Shown here in pieces: positions 63,591 to 64,000 of a stretch of DNA of 64,000 nt. Source of the stretch: Octopus bimaculoides. Its lineage: Eukaryota. Every line of letters starts with the position of its first letter. The stretch's first letter is position 1. The DNA lies in NCBI RefSeq assembly GCF_001194135.2, contig NC_068984.1, forward strand, positions 58,933,640 to 58,997,639, in the 5' to 3' direction. The notes under the pieces are model-generated. The model saw only the letters and a list, made by a program, of their open reading frames with translations. It did no database searches and was not told the DNA's origin. The position numbers were made by a program, and so were the translations under genes.

Positions 63591-64000
63591 TTGCCCAACA
63601 CAAGCCCACCACCTACCGTCAAAAAATGTGGTCGTTCCAACTGCAGGACTTGCATCCACCTCATGGAAGGAACAACATACAGATTCCAGTCGGGACACAC
63701 TTTTGTCATAAAAAATAACTTCACCTGCGCATCAAAAAATTTACTTTATGCCATAAGGTGTGAAGGGTGCCACAAAGAATACATAGGGCAAACGAGCCTA
63801 ACTCTCAGAGAAAGGATGACAGTCCACTGCCAACAATTGAGGGATCCCACCACAAGACATATACCACTCAGTGGGCACTTAGATCTCTGTGCACAAAACA
63901 AGTCCCCCAAATTCCTAGTTTTCCCATTATACCAATGCTCAGACAACATCACTGACCAAACACGAATAAATAGGGAAAATAATCTTATTCAAAAATACAG
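63591..64000 (+). mobile_element. Penelope-like element GIY-YIG endonuclease region (Neptune-like), uninterrupted frame running off the window
   Basis: 136 codons without a stop: KKCGRSNCRTC (Zn-finger-like linker), FTCASKNLLYAIRCEGCHKEYIGQTSLTLRERMTVH (GIY-YIG motif and catalytic Arg), RENNLIQKY (conserved Glu). Absent from the ORF track because no stop codon falls inside the window. Confidence 0.92.

Overview
Strongly AT-rich, repeat- and microsatellite-dense animal genomic DNA from a gappy draft assembly. N-gaps lie at 6-41, 18462-18639, 21508-21961, 26263-26862, 29006-29085, 39895-39904, 49614-49689 and 60389-60932; most abut (TA)n tracts or a young LINE. The SINE and RTE-LINE families look like those I recall from octopod cephalopods, but this is recall, not a database result. 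No intact host gene could be recognised. A few short + strand segments with good splice signals suggest the window lies in long introns of one large gene (low confidence). Most interpretable sequence is mobile-element derived: a young RTE LINE family (3 near-identical copies), older RTE, CR1/L2 and CRE-like LINE remnants, two different Penelope-like (GIY-YIG) elements that the ORF track misses, three Tc1/mariner relics, many SINEs and several MITE/foldback elements. Best leads: (1) a 292-bp palindrome carrying two back-to-back minimal hammerhead-ribozyme motifs (21051-21342); (2) a MITE with a 9-bp TSD that carries opposed TTAGGG/TTAGGC telomere-type arrays (2142-2566); (3) a recursive-splice-site-like motif, polypyrimidine-CAG|GTGAGT, followed by a 59-nt cryptic exon (3841-3937); (4) an isolated perfect 24-bp hairpin of pre-miRNA size (9098-9153). 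All coordinates and alignments were done by eye.
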